From: an uncultured Planctomycetota bacterium
GTDB lineage: Bacteria > Planctomycetota > Planctomycetia > Isosphaerales > Isosphaeraceae
Direction of reading: 5' to 3'
DNA: 64,000 nucleotides
NCBI GenBank assembly: GCA_963845755.1
Contig: CAWJTV010000034.1
Coordinates: 1 to 64,000, forward strand
Numbering within the stretch: the first letter of the stretch is position 1; every line of letters begins with the position of its first letter. Shown piece by piece: positions 35,201 to 46,732 of this stretch. Under the pieces are notes generated by a model. The model was not told the DNA's origin. It searched no databases and was given only the letters and a program-made list of their open reading frames with translations. The position numbers and the translations under genes are program-made.

Positions 35201-37948
35201 GGCAACTTCTCGGTGACCATCGGCATCGATGCCGCCGGCACCGGCCTGGTGACCAACACGTCCGCCCTGCCCGACCTGTTCCCGATCTACAACGTCGGGT
35301 CCAGCGGCGACCTCACGCCGGTCTCACCGACGGCCGGCGGCACCAACGCCATCTACTACGTGGCGCAGGCGGTCGTGACCGACCAGAGCGGCAACACGTC
35401 CGATCCCGCCAATCCCAACGCCCAGTTGCCTTTCATCGTGGACCAGACGGCTCCCACGGCCTCGTTCGTCAGCCCGACCGCCAACCAGGTCTTCACGTCG
35501 CTGACCAACGGCGGCGTCCAGTTCACGATCATTACCAGCAAGAACATCGACCTCACCCACTTCACGGCGGCGTCGATCCAGGTGACCAGCGCCGGGCCAG
35601 ACGGCATCCTCGGGACGGCCGACGACGTCACGATCCCCATCAACCCCAGCTCGCTCAAGGGCACCTACCTCGACCAGGGGATCGGGGGCAAGGGCGCCGA
35701 GGAGTTCACGTTCTCGACCGAGGGCACGCTCACCAACGACCTCTATGAGGTCACGCTGCTGACCACGGGGACGGACAGTGTCCGAGACATCGCGGGCAAC
35801 ACGCTGTCCGGCACGGTCAGCCAGGAGTTCGCGGTCGCGATCCCGTCGCTGGCTCACAACCTGTTCGTCGGGTCGGCCGCCTTTGTCACCAACACGGCCG
35901 CCGCGGTGGGCACGAGAGAGAACCCGTACCCGACCATCGGCGCGGCGATGACCGCGGCCAACGCGGGCGACGTGGTGGCGGTCCTGCCCGGCCTCTACAC
36001 CGAAAATGTAGTGCTCAAGCAGTTCGTGCGACTCCTCTCCGTCGCCGCGTCGAGCACGGATAACAGCGTGTTCGCCACCAGCACCGGCGATGCGCTCTCG
36101 ACGGTCATCCGGGCCCCGGCCGTCGCCTCCGGGACCACGAACGTCACGATCTCGGCCACGAATCTGCAGAGCTTCACCGGCCTCGAGACGGAGGTCGCCG
36201 GCTTCACCATCGCCAGCCCGCTCGTCGGCAATGCGGCCCTCGGGCCGATCAATCCGACGGGGGTCGGCGTCTGGGCGAACGACTCGAACATCCTGATCGA
36301 CAAGGACTACATCGCCGACGCGGGTATCGGTGTCCTGGCAACCACCTACGAGGGCAGCTCGCTCTCGCCGCAGGTCGAGAACGACGTGATCGCCGGGAAT
36401 ATCTATGGCGTCGAGATCACCGATGGCGGATCGACCCTACCGTCGCCCACGCCGACGCCCACTCCGACGCCGACGCCCACTCCGACGCCGACGCCCACTC
36501 CGACGCCGACGCCCACTCCGACGCCGACGCCCACTCCGACGCCGACGCCCACGCCGACGCCCACTCCGACGCCGACCCCAACGCCACCAGTGGGGGGGTC
36601 GCGGCCCCTGCAGACCGGGTCGAGCACACCCAATCCGGTCCAGTTGATCAATAATGACTTCGTGTTCAACACGGTCGGGCTGTACGTCAACGCCCTGGCC
36701 AGCTCGCCCGACGAAGCCTACGTCGCCAGCAACATCTTCTGGCAGAACCACGACCAGTCCAATGCCAGGAACGGGTTCGCGATCTTCGCGACGTTCCCGA
36801 ACAAGCAGAACCTGCAAAACAACCTGTTCTACGCCAACGGATTAGGTGATGCTAACCAGACCAACGCGACCAACGAGCTGGGCAATGGGTTCAATTCGGC
36901 CAATCTGACTTCGACGCCGGATTCCGAGGGGAACTACGTCGGCAACCCGGCGTTTGTCTTCCCCGTCGATCCCCGGCCCGGCTCGGATGGACCAGCGGCC
37001 CTCTTCGTGGACGGCGATTTCCAGTTGACCTCCCAGTCGGCGGCGATCGACAACGCCTGGGAACCCACGGCGATCCCGACAGACCTCCTCGGCAACTCGC
37101 AGGTGAAGATCGACGACGACGGCTTCGGCCTGGCCAACTTCGGCCCTCGCGACGTCGGTGCCCTGGAGTTCGACGGCACCGGCGGCACGCCCGTCGGCGG
37201 CTCGTTCCGGGTCGTCACGTCCTCGGTGGTGCCCATCGGCGGGGCCGAGTATGCCGGCGGCTCCACGCTCGTGACCTCGACATCACCCACGGCCATCACG
37301 CTGACCTTCTCCGGGAACGTCAATCCCAACAGCATCAACGCCACCGACCTGGTACTCTCCGGAACGGCCGTCAACCCGGCGGCGCCCGTGCATGCCACGA
37401 GCCTCACCTGGATCGACGGCGACACGGTGCAGTTCAATCTATCCGGCGGGCTCAATCTGCCGGGGACGCTCAATGTGGCCGTCCAGCCCGGTTCGATCGA
37501 CAGCGTCAGCGGTCAGAGCAACCTGGGCTACTCGGACAAGGTCGTGATTCAGATCGGCACGCCCCCGGCGCACGTGAATCCGACGCCGATGCCGATCTCG
37601 CCGACGCCAACCCCAACCTCGCCGACGTCGCCTCCGGGCACGATCGTGGTCACGCCGACCCCCGGACCGGCGCCCTCGCCCGTGTCGGTCTCGAAGAAGA
37701 AGCATCACGCGGTCGTCAAGAAGGTCGCTCATCCCAAGCCGGTCAAGCATCACGTGCACGCCAAGCCGGTCAAGCACGTCGTGCACGCCAAGCCGGTCAA
37801 GCACGTCGTGCATGCCAAGCCGGTCCATCACACGGTCAAGCCGGCCGTCGTGCATCCGGCCGTGGTGAAGATCGCCAAGGCGGCCACGACGCATCATCAG
37901 GAGACCAGGGCGATCGAGGTTCCCCACAACCACAAGCACAAGGCTTGA
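26246..37948 (+). CDS. Giant secreted protein (~3900 aa): subtilase/sedolisin-like protease domain, Ig-like and beta-helix-like regions, PT linker, His/Lys-rich tail (frameshifts ~29975, ~31110, ~33500)
   Basis: GGGGAG RBS. Leader [11 protein letters not shown]. Motifs [52 protein letters not shown]. ORFs 26153-30526, 30000-31961, 31111-33564 and 33503-37948 are contiguous with uniform composition. Confidence 0.85.
36446..36586 (+). repeat. Pro-Thr linker repeat (18-nt period)
   Basis: (ccgacgccgacgcccact)n encoding (PT)n. Confidence 0.95.
37730..37830 (+). repeat. 27-nt tandem repeat encoding HAKPVKHVV
   Basis: cacgccaagccggtcaagcacgtcgtg repeated, about 4 degenerate copies. Confidence 0.9.
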
Positions 37949-37983
37949 CATGCCGGGAATCGAAGCCCCGAGATGACGATCCA

Positions 37984-38019
37984 CGGGCGGCTCCCTTGCG
38001 GAGCCGCCCGTTTTCATTT
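37984..38019 (+). terminator. Rho-independent terminator after the giant protease gene
   Basis: cgggcggctcc-cttgc-ggagccgcccg followed by ttttcattt. Confidence 0.8.
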
Positions 38020-38035
38020 CGCCCCCGGCCCGGCT

Positions 38036-39028
38036 TCACCGCGCCGGGAAATCCTGGATCAGGGCTCTCATCTTCTCGAGGCCCGTACGCGCGACGGTGA
38101 GCGGGTCCTGCGTCCAGTACTTCCTGTTGAACAGCTCCAGCGACAACATCACGCGAAAACCGCCCGCGGAGAGGTCCTTGAGCAGGGCCTTCAGCGGGGC
38201 CGAGCCGTCGCCCGGATAGACACGATCGGCATCGGTCAGCTTCTCGCGCGCGGCTCGGCGGGGTAGTCGTTGAAATGGAACACATGGATGGCGCTCGGCG
38301 ACAGGAGCTTCACTCCGCCCAGCCCGGAGCCCCCTCGATGTAAGTGGTAGACGTCCGGCAAGATGCAGGCGTTGGGATGCTTGGCCTCCATCGCGACGAG
38401 GGTTGCCTCGCCCAATCGGCTCAGGGTCCGCGAGGATCCCCAGACCTCGACCTGGGGGACCACGCCGATCTGGTCGCCGATCTCGAGCAGGTCTCGATAC
38501 GCGCCCGGCGACCTTGAGCAGGTCGGACATCGCGCGATCGGTCGCCCCGACCGGAGGTGCGGCCAACCGTTTCCCCCCAGCCCGGCGCACCAGCTCCATG
38601 CTCCGCCTGGCCGCCTCCAGTCCCTTGCGACGACGCTCCGGGTCGTCGACGATCCATTCGAAGAAGCCGATTGCGCTCTCGATCGAGATGCCGGCATCGC
38701 GAAACCGCTTCGCGAGGTCTTCCAGCGAGCCCCCCGACGCCGCGTAACGTTCCAGCTCCTCGACCCAGGGCTCCATCCCCTGATAGCCGGCCTTCTGGGC
38801 GATCGCGAGCTCTTCGAGGATCGAGAGCCTCTGGCCCCGGATGGTGCTGGTATTCAACCCCAGCAGGAAGGCGGCCGACTGCGACGCCGAGTTCGGACCG
38901 GCGCGCGCCACCTCCGCGGCCTGCGAGCTGGGTCCCTGGGCACCCGCTGCCCGATTCATCGAGCCTCCGACGAGGGCCGCCGTTCCCGCAGCCAGCCATT
39001 CCCGTCGCTTGAACTCTGTCTTGAACAT
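38036..39028 (-). CDS. Sugar phosphate isomerase/epimerase (AP-endonuclease-2 TIM barrel), Tat-like signal, frameshifted
   Basis: [51 protein letters not shown]. Confidence 0.85.
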   Translation of the reverse strand: MFKTEFKRREWLAAGTAALVGGSMNRAAGAQGPSSQAAEVARAGPNSASQSAAFLLGLNTSTIRGQRLSILEELAIAQKAGYQGMEPWVEELERYAASGGSLEDLAKRFRDAGISIESAIGFFEWIVDDPERRRKGLEAARRSMELVRRAGGKRLAAPPVGATDRAMSDLLKVAGRVSRPARDRRPDRRGPPGRGLGILADPEPIGRGNPRRDGGQASQRLHLAGRLPLTSRGLRAGRSEAPVAERHPCVPFQRLPRRAAREKLTDADRVYPGDGSAPLKALLKDLSAGGFRVMLSLELFNRKYWTQDPLTVARTGLEKMRALIQDFPAR

Positions 39029-39060
39029 CGGTCTTCGCCCCCCTTGACGGTGTCCAGCAT

Positions 39061-39817
39061 TCAATAGGTCAAGTCGCGCCGAAGGCCGCGCCACGCCTCC
39101 AGCCGGCAGTCTTCCATCCGCTGTCGGATCAGGGCGGTGATGGCCTGTGTCTCCATGCCGGAGAGCTCCTCCGGGTAGATCGCAGCCCCAAAATGGATGC
39201 GGACCGGATGACCCAGCGGAAAGGGCCGGGTGCGGGGCCAGACTTCGAACAGTCCCGCGAGCCCGACCGGGACGACGGGGACGCCCGCGCGGGTCACCAG
39301 CACAGCGATCCCCGCCTTGAGAGGCCCCAGCTCGCCATCGGGGCTGCGCGTGCCCTCGGGGAAGAGCGTGACGATGCCACCGGCGCGGAGTCGGCGCAGG
39401 GTTTCCTTCATGCCCGAGGCTCCGATGCCCTCGCGCTGGATCGGGAAAGCACCGACCGACCTCATCAAGCAGGCCAGTACCGGGAAAAACAGGGTTAACC
39501 GTGCCATGAAGTTCAGCGGCCGGCGCGGAGATGCCCAGGAAGAAGACATCGAGGAAGCTCAGATGGTTGGAGATCAGCAAGAGGCCCCCCGATTCCGGGA
39601 TACTCTGCCGACCCGTTGCCCGCCAGCCCAGCAGGACCATGGCGAGCGTGCCCGTCATATACTGGACAGTCCGATACCAGAGCAAGCGCGCAAGCGACCG
39701 ATCTCGCGCAGGGGGGCGAGTTCCGGAGTGCTCCGCGGCAGGGGCCGGAACGGTCGCGGCTGATGGTTGGGGAGCCTGGGCTGAATCATTCACGAGCGAA
39801 GGCTCCGTGGGCCCCAT
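39061..39817 (-). CDS. plsC: 1-acyl-sn-glycerol-3-phosphate acyltransferase (frameshift ~39525; start uncertain)
   Basis: SNHLSFLD, FMAR, GAFPIQR, FPEGTRS, VPVVPV. Confidence 0.85.
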
Positions 39818-40486
39818 CTCGCCTCAAGAGGTCCGCCAGGCGGTCCGAGATGTCGGCCGCCAGCCGTTCGACCACGGCATCGATGCTCAAGCCCGTCGTA
39901 TCGACGGTCGTGGCATCGTCGGCCGGCTTCATCGGGGCGATCGCGCGCCCGGCGTCCTGGGCATCGCGCTGGCGCTGGTCCCCGAGCACCGACTCGAAAC
40001 TGACGGACTCGCCTCGGGCCTGATAATCGGCCAGCCTCCGTCGAGCGCGTTCCTCGTCGGTGGCCGTCAGGTAGTACTTGCGGAACGCGTCGGGGAAGAC
40101 CAGGGTTCCCTGGTCGCGCCCTTCGGTGACGATGTCGTGATCTCTTGCAAAGTCCCGTTGCCAGTCCATGAGCTCGCGACGAACGCTCGGGCTATCGGCG
40201 ATGAATCGCGACGCCTGGGTAATCTCGACGCGCCGGATGGATTGTGTGACATCGTGGCCGCCCAGCCAGATCGCATCGGGCAAGAGCTCGACCTGGAGTG
40301 AGGCCGCCAGCTTGCCGAGATCGGAATCGCTCGTGAGGTCCGTGCCCGATTTCAGGGCCGCGAGGGTGACCGCTCGATACATGGCCCCGGTGTCGAGGAA
40401 CCGCCAGCCCAGCCGGACAGCCAGCCGCGCGCCACCGTACTCTTCCCCGCCCCGGCGGGACCGTCGATCGTCACCACACGCCGCAT
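39786..40486 (-). CDS. cmk: Cytidylate kinase (frameshift ~40430)
   Basis: VVTIDGPAGAGKSTVA, DTGAMYRAV, VTEGRDQGTLVFPDA, ERARRR. Confidence 0.93.
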
Positions 40487-40682
40487 CGTCTCCGCACCCT
40501 CGTTGACCGTGATCTCGGTAACCTCAATACACAATGGCCCAGCCATCCGGAGTTTTCCAGAGGCTGGGCCAGGAGATTCTCTCGGTCGAGGACGGTCGCG
40601 GTGGCTCCCGAGACGCTCTTGCGGCGCCGGTCGGGTGAGACCTCGGTCACCGATCCGCCCATTGCGGGCGGTTCGGGGTGGA

Positions 40683-41144
40683 TCAATGGCGGTTGCTCGT
40701 CTTGGTCGAACCGGTGTGCGACGGCAAGGGTTGACGACCGACGTAACCGGCGTCCAGGTCGTGCCAGTACGACACTTCAGGCTCGCCGAGCCGCCAGCAT
40801 AGGAACACTTCGCGGCCATCCATGATACTGTAAAAGTCGCAGAGGCCGTCGGTCCCCTTGAATTCGACGCCCAGGCGTTTCAGCTCATCGATGTACGATC
40901 TCAGTTTGGCGTCTTCCGACTCGAGCTCCGCTTGGCTCTGGGCCAGCTCCTCGGTGTAAAGATCGTTCGAGGGACGGCGCCGTTCGCGTGCGACGATCGA
41001 CAGTCGTTGCTGGAGATCCTCCACGACACGGGACTGGCGAACGATGTCGCCGAGGATCATGCGAACCAAAGGCAGTGCTCGATTTGCTTCCTCCACGGTG
41101 AAGTACTTGCGTTTCTTCTCAACGATGGGCTTTGCTGGGGCCAT
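40683..41144 (-). CDS. DUF2203 family protein
   Basis: YFTVEEANRALPLV, GLCDF, VFLCWRLGE, YWH..AGYVGRQP. Confidence 0.85.
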   Translation of the reverse strand: MAPAKPIVEKKRKYFTVEEANRALPLVRMILGDIVRQSRVVEDLQQRLSIVARERRRPSNDLYTEELAQSQAELESEDAKLRSYIDELKRLGVEFKGTDGLCDFYSIMDGREVFLCWRLGEPEVSYWHDLDAGYVGRQPLPSHTGSTKTSNRH

Positions 41145-41467
41145 GTCAGTTACCCTGGGAAAAGATCGATGATAGCAATCAGCATGAGGATGATCGTTCC
41201 ATCGGAATGAGGCACGACATCCGTGCCGACGCGACAGTTCCAGCCGGCCGGCCCGGCCCGGCTCAAGAGCCCCGTGTGGGATCGTCGTATCGAACGCCCC
41301 CTTTCTCCTCTCGGATCGAAACGACAGGGCAGATCGAAGACATCGGGAATGTGGGCCGACTCTGATCCACGCACCCATCCCAGTTCGCTCATTGATCATT
41401 ATAGGTCACCCCCTCCCCCCCGCAAGGCCCCGTCGGGGGAGGCCGGAGGATTGGCAGGGGTTCGACC

Positions 41468-43195
41468 TCATGGACGCCCCGCGCGATCGCGGATCTGTCG
41501 GAGCATGCCTTTCAGGGAAAGCGTGTTCCAGACGTCCGTCGATTCCAGCCATCCGCGACGGGCTACGGAGATCCCGTAGTCCAGATCGTCGAAGCCGGAG
41601 ACGGCATGAGCATCGGGATTGATCACGAGTTTCACTCCTTTCTCTCGCGCCCTGCGGCAGTGGATCGCGTCGAGATCCAGCCGGTGCGGGCTGGCGTTGA
41701 TCTCGATCATCGTGCCGGCCTTGGCGGCGGCCTCGATCACGGCATCGAGGTCCACGGCGTAGGCGTCGCGCGCCAGCAAGAGCCGGCCGGTCGGGTGGCC
41801 GAGCATGGTGACTCGCGGGTGGGACGCCGCGCGGACCAGGCGCCGGGTCATCTCGTCTCGCGGGAGCTGAAAACTGGAATGGATGCTAGCTACCACGTAA
41901 TCGAACCCCTCCAGCAGATCGTCCGGATAATCGAGCGAGCCATCCGCCAGGATGTCGCACTCGGTTCCCTTGAACACGTGGAACGTGGCGCCGAAGGACG
42001 CGTTGAGCGCGTCGATCTCCGCCCATTGCGACCGGACGCGTTCGATGCTCAGGCCGCCGGCATAGCCGGCCGATCGCGAATGATCGGCGATCCCCAGATA
42101 ATGCAGGCCGCGCAGGCGCGCGGCTTCGGCCATTTCCGCGAGCGTGGCCGATCCATCGCTCCAGTCGGTATGGCAATGAAAGGTACCCGCCAGGTCGTCG
42201 CGCTCGATGAGTTTCGGGAGCCTTCCCGCTTCCGCGGCAACGATCTCGCCGGCATCCTCGCGGAGCTCGGGCGGGATCTCCGCAAGTCCCAGCGCCGCGA
42301 AGAGATCGGCCTCTGTCTGGCAGGCGATCGACCGGTTCTCCCCGGTCAGGGCATATTCGTTCAACGACAGTCCCTGCACAGCGCCCGCCGCCGCATCGCG
42401 ATATTGTGGGCCTTCGAGCCCGTGAAATAGTGGAGAGCGAACGGGAACTGGCTGTCTTCGACGGCGCGAAGGTCGCACTGGACGCCGTCCGCCAGGCGGC
42501 ACGCTGGCCTTGGTCGGGCCGTGCGCCAGCACGGTGGCCACGTGAGGGAGCTTGACGAAGGCGTCGATCACCGCGGAGGCGTGCTTCGAGCTGCAGAGCA
42601 CGTCGAGATCGCCGATCGTCTCGGCCCGGCGGCGCAGGCTGCCGCAGTATTCCGCCCGGATGACCTGCGGATGGGCGCGAACCGCCGCCATGATCGGTGT
42701 GACCAATCGCAGGGCGTGGCTCTGGAGGATCCGATCCCCCGACTTTTCCACGAAGGCGATCCCTTCGAGAATCTTCGCCTCGGTCTTCTCGCCGAACCCC
42801 TTGAGTTTGGCGATCTCACCCGATTCACCCGCCTTGCGCAGATCCGCAAGACTCTCGATCGCCAGGGTCTCGTGGAGCGCCTTGATTTTCTTGGGGCCCA
42901 GCCCGGGGATGCGCAGCAGGGCCACCAGGCCCGGCGGCGTGCTCCGCCGCAGGTCCTCATAGGCGGGCAACTGGCCCGTGGTCGCCAGTTGGACGATCTT
43001 TGCGTACATCGTGTCGCCGATGCCGGGGACTTCCTTGAGCCGGTTCTCCGCGATCACCTCCGACAGCTTATCGGGGAGGTTCAGGAGCGCTTGAGCGGCG
43101 GTGTGGTAGGCGCGACACCGGAACGGGTTCTCACCCCGAATCTCCAGCATCGTCCCCATCTCGTCGAGTACCTGGGCAATTCGCGCGGTTTCCAT
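41468..43195 (-). CDS. polX: DNA polymerase X / PHP-domain 3'-5' exonuclease (two compensating frameshifts ~42500 and ~42380)
   Basis: [74 protein letters not shown]. Confidence 0.93.
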   Translation of the reverse strand: METARIAQVLDEMGTMLEIRGENPFRCRAYHTAAQALLNLPDKLSEVIAENRLKEVPGIGDTMYAKIVQLATTGQLPAYEDLRRSTPPGLVALLRIPGLGPKKIKALHETLAIESLADLRKAGESGEIAKLKGFGEKTEAKILEGIAFVEKSGDRILQSHALRLVTPIMAAVRAHPQVIRAEYCGSLRRRAETIGDLDVLCSSKHASAVIDAFVKLPHVATVLAHGPTKASVPPGGRRPVRPSRRRRQPVPVRSPLFHGLEGPQYRDAAAGAVQGLSLNEYALTGENRSIACQTEADLFAALGLAEIPPELREDAGEIVAAEAGRLPKLIERDDLAGTFHCHTDWSDGSATLAEMAEAARLRGLHYLGIADHSRSAGYAGGLSIERVRSQWAEIDALNASFGATFHVFKGTECDILADGSLDYPDDLLEGFDYVVASIHSSFQLPRDEMTRRLVRAASHPRVTMLGHPTGRLLLARDAYAVDLDAVIEAAAKAGTMIEINASPHRLDLDAIHCRRAREKGVKLVINPDAHAVSGFDDLDYGISVARRGWLESTDVWNTLSLKGMLRQIRDRAGRP

Positions 43196-43206
43196 GGCAG
43201 TTCGTC

Positions 43207-44541
43207 TCAATGGCTGCGCGGTTTGATTCCCAACAGCGTCTGCGGACTGTCATACAAGATGGACCGCGCGAATTCCAGTGCCAGCGCGTCGTCGAGTTGA
43301 CCGAGATCAACACGTTCCGCCAGCACCTGGGCCAGGATCTTCCGAACGATGACCGCCTTCGCGTACGACCACTCGGCACAATAGGCGTCGGAGAAGAAAC
43401 CGACTTGCTTGTTGGCCGGGAGCATTTCCAGTCGCTCGCGGATCACCTGACCGATCGTGTCCGGGAAGAAGTTGTGCCACCAGTATCCGGCCAGGCTGAG
43501 GTTCGGCAATTCGCGCGCCAACGTGCAAAGGGCCTGGTTGGCCGACCGACTGGCCAGGAAACACTGGAACCGCAGCCTGGGGTGACGTCCGATCAGGGTG
43601 GCGACCTGGCCGATCGTGCGCTGAGACAACCGGCTGGCCGTCTCGAAGGGGAGCGGCTCGGCTCCGAAGCTGAACTGGAAGACGATTTCCTCCGCGTGTT
43701 TCTCCAGGGCGGTCAGGAACACCTCGTTGACATACGAGGCGTAACAATCTCGCTCGGTGGGCCCGGCTCGATCCCTTCGCCCGATCGCCGCGTCCATCTC
43801 CGCCTCGGTGACATCCCGGTAATCGATGTCGGTTGACAGATGCGTCGCGGTCGAGACGATCTGGCCGTAGGGAATGTGTGAGACATAGTGGGCGATCGCG
43901 TCGTGGACATCTGCCACGTTTCGGATCCGTCGCTCGGTCGACGGCCGGTCACCTCCTCCGATCGGCGCGGGGCTCTCGGGCGACCTGCCCCAGCAACGCT
44001 CCAGCTCGTAGAGCGCCGTGTCATATTCGCCCCACTGGCATCTCGTGAAAAAGCCCCATTCCAGCGCGTACTGGAGCCGGTCGTCATCCTCACCGGTACC
44101 TCGACGCGCGATTTCGGTCCCCGTGCGCTCGATCCTGGCACGGTCGAGGACCGCGCGCGGCCAGCTCCGGTCGTCGGCCCGCTCGCGAATCATCCCGTCC
44201 AGCCTTTTCCAGTTGGTTTCGTCGATCGGAGCCGTCCAGCCGTAGAGGTCGCGGAGGATGATCCGTACGCCCCATGAGGAGCTGGTATTCTGGATAGACC
44301 GCAGATAAGGCAGGGCCTCTCCGATCCGCGCGTGGGCCTCGGCCTCGCTCGGCCAGCCAGGAAACTGCGTCAGCCGGCCTCCGGACGGGCAGCCGGCGGA
44401 GTACAGGTCCGTGACGACCATGTGATAAAGCAGAATGTCATGCAACCCCCGCGCCGCCAGTTTGCCGCCAACGAGGTGCGTGTGCACGTCCAGGATCGGG
44501 ACATCACCCAGGGCCTGCTCCAGATCTCCTGCCATCATCAT
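43207..44541 (-). CDS. Amidohydrolase-superfamily protein, uronate isomerase-like
   Basis: ILDVHTHL, ILLYH, LARELPNLSLAGYWW, RLEMLP, FFSDAY, ILYDSP. Confidence 0.7.
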   Translation of the reverse strand: MMMAGDLEQALGDVPILDVHTHLVGGKLAARGLHDILLYHMVVTDLYSAGCPSGGRLTQFPGWPSEAEAHARIGEALPYLRSIQNTSSSWGVRIILRDLYGWTAPIDETNWKRLDGMIRERADDRSWPRAVLDRARIERTGTEIARRGTGEDDDRLQYALEWGFFTRCQWGEYDTALYELERCWGRSPESPAPIGGGDRPSTERRIRNVADVHDAIAHYVSHIPYGQIVSTATHLSTDIDYRDVTEAEMDAAIGRRDRAGPTERDCYASYVNEVFLTALEKHAEEIVFQFSFGAEPLPFETASRLSQRTIGQVATLIGRHPRLRFQCFLASRSANQALCTLARELPNLSLAGYWWHNFFPDTIGQVIRERLEMLPANKQVGFFSDAYCAEWSYAKAVIVRKILAQVLAERVDLGQLDDALALEFARSILYDSPQTLLGIKPRSH

Positions 44542-44574
44542 TCTCGTCCCGCCGCAAAGTTTCAGACAGAGTGT

Positions 44575-45219
44575 TTTTCACCGCAGAGACCGCAGAGACC
44601 GCAGAGACGAAGACAGAGAGAAAAGAGAGAACAGAAAAAATCGCTAAATCTGAATTATTTCATAAATTATGATTAACTGTCTTGATAACCATTGACGACG
44701 CGTCTCACGCCCTCGGTAGCCAGGATCCTGACGTTGAAATTCATGAGCAGGCCAACGGTCTTCCCTGAGAGTTTCAAATAGGACAGTAATTGAGCCAGGT
44801 GGATCGGGATGATCTTGTTGACGGATTTGAGTTCAACGATGACCGTGTTTTCGACCAGCAGGTCGAGCCGATAGCCGCAATCGAGGTAAATTCCCTTGTA
44901 AGCAACAGGTAGCTCTTTTTGTTTTTCGACGAAATACCCGCGCTGACGCAACTCGTAGACCAGGCATGCCTCATAAGTCGATTCCAGGAGTCCCGGGCCG
45001 AGGGCTCTGTGGACGTCGATCGCAGCACCGATGATTGCCTCGGTCAACTGGTTGATCTCGATCATTGCGGTAAACAACTCCTCGGACTTTCCGAGGTGAT
45101 GCTCCGAGTCTCGGGAATCTCTGATAGCGACTCTCTACTTGAGTTCGTATCCTTCTTCTTGATGAGTCTCTTTTCTCCCCGTCTTTTCTCTGCGATCTCT
45201 GCGGTCTCTGCGGTGGAAA
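44575..45219. mobile_element. Inverted-repeat-flanked low-GC cassette carrying the GxxExxY gene
   Basis: 44575-44607 ttttcaccgcagagaccgcagagaccgcagaga vs 45187-45219 (reverse complement tttccaccgcagagaccgcagagatcgcagaga). AT-rich interior. Mobility is inferred. Confidence 0.55.
44673..45065 (-). CDS. GxxExxY protein (PD-(D/E)XK nuclease-like)
   Basis: [50 protein letters not shown]. Confidence 0.93.
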   Translation of the reverse strand: MIEINQLTEAIIGAAIDVHRALGPGLLESTYEACLVYELRQRGYFVEKQKELPVAYKGIYLDCGYRLDLLVENTVIVELKSVNKIIPIHLAQLLSYLKLSGKTVGLLMNFNVRILATEGVRRVVNGYQDS

Positions 45220-45249
45220 TTCTTCGGGATGTTCACTGTGGTTCGCGGA

Positions 45250-45891
45250 TCAAAGCGACGACAACCACTGGCGCATCGCGGCGGGGTCTTCGCCGAACAG
45301 GAGCGAGCCCGGTACGATCCAGTCGGCGCCGGCTTCGTTGATCAAGGGGACGGTGTTGCGCCGGATGCCGCCGTCGAGCTGGATATCGACCTGGGCCCCC
45401 TGCTCTGCCATCGCCTTGCGGGCTTCGCGAATCTTCGACGGGATCGAGGCGTCCATCGAAGTTCCTTTGGTGCCCATCGGTGTCCCCACGATCGTGACTT
45501 GATCGATCGAGCGCCAATAGGGTTCGAGGAGCGTGACGGGCTCGGTCACCAGCAGCGAGATGCCCACGAGCTGGCCGAGCGACTTGGCCTGACCGATGGC
45601 CGCGGCGGGATCGCTGAGCGAGTCGAAGCAGAAGATCACGCCATTGGCGCCGGCCTCGGCAAACGGCTCGATCCAGGCTGTGGGATCGGTCGTCATCAGG
45701 TGCACTTCGAACGGCCTCGTCGTGTGCTTTCTCAGGGCTTTGACCAGGTCGGGGAAGAAGAGCAGGCTCGGGACATAATGGCCGTCGGCGACGTCGAGGT
45801 GGAATCGCTCGGTGAACGGCTCGACGCGGTGGATCTCGGCGCCGAGGTTCGACAGATCGGCCGACCAGAGCGAGGCGGAGCATTTCAGCAT
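45250..45891 (-). CDS. rpe: Ribulose-phosphate 3-epimerase family protein
   Basis: SASLWSAD, FHLDVADGHYVP, EVHLM, IQLDGGI, AGADWIVPGS. May be a pathway-specific paralog. Confidence 0.8.
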   Translation of the reverse strand: MLKCSASLWSADLSNLGAEIHRVEPFTERFHLDVADGHYVPSLLFFPDLVKALRKHTTRPFEVHLMTTDPTAWIEPFAEAGANGVIFCFDSLSDPAAAIGQAKSLGQLVGISLLVTEPVTLLEPYWRSIDQVTIVGTPMGTKGTSMDASIPSKIREARKAMAEQGAQVDIQLDGGIRRNTVPLINEAGADWIVPGSLLFGEDPAAMRQWLSSL

Positions 45892-46709
45892 GGCGTGACC
45901 TTCTCGCGAAAGTGGTGGATCAAGAACGCATCGAGCGCAGACTTCACATCGGCGGCATGGTTTTCGACACTCACCGATTTCGGCGTGATCTCGCGAAGCT
46001 CGGCGCCGGGGATGAGCTGGGCGATGGTCTCCGCGAAGGCCCAGGGATGGATCGGGTCCTGGCGATTGCCCAGGATGAGCGTGGGAGCGTGGATCTTGTG
46101 ATAGTCGTCGCGGGAAGCTACACGGCGTATCGCCGGGCAGTCGCTCCAGCCTCGCGACATAGTCCTCGGCGCGCGGCTGTTCGAACTGACCGACGAGCGA
46201 CCGGGCGCAGTCGGGCGATTCCAGATCTATCGCCTGGTATTCGGGTGTCTTTCGGAAGTGCTCGAGCCCTTTCTTGCGCCCAGGTCGCGGATCAGTCCGG
46301 CGATCGTCGAATAAATACGGACATTCTCCGGAAGCGGCCCATCAATCCACGCTGGCCGCGAGAGGACGAGCCCGAGCACCCGCTCGGGAAACCGCAGCGC
46401 GGTGTTCACGGCCACCGCCGACCCGAGCGAGATGCCGCCGATCACGGCGCGATCGATCCCCAGGTGATCGAGGAACGCGATGAGATCCTCGGCCAGAATG
46501 GCGATACTCAGCCGGTTCGGATCACCTAGCGGATGCGTCTGGCCATGCCCTCGGCTGTCGAAGCCCAGGAGTCGAATCCCCGGCGCCGGGTTGTAGACCG
46601 AAAACGGCTGGCTCACGTCACCGCCGAGTCCGTGCTGAAATACCAGCGGAAGCCCCTGCCCTCGCTCGCAGTAAGGGAAGTCCAGGCCGTCATGATTAAA
46701 TAGTAACAT
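45885..46709 (-). CDS. Alpha/beta fold hydrolase (frameshifted)
   Basis: VFQHGLGG, FDSRGHG, GGISLG nucleophile elbow, PTLILGNRQDPIHP. Confidence 0.85.
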
Positions 46710-46732
46710 AATCTGTTATTTCGTCGATAGGC

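Noticed and set aside
38036..39817. 593-aa acyltransferase-isomerase fusion in the ORF track
   Set aside because: Artefact of frameshifts; plsC has its own stop at 39061 and the isomerase its own start at 39028.
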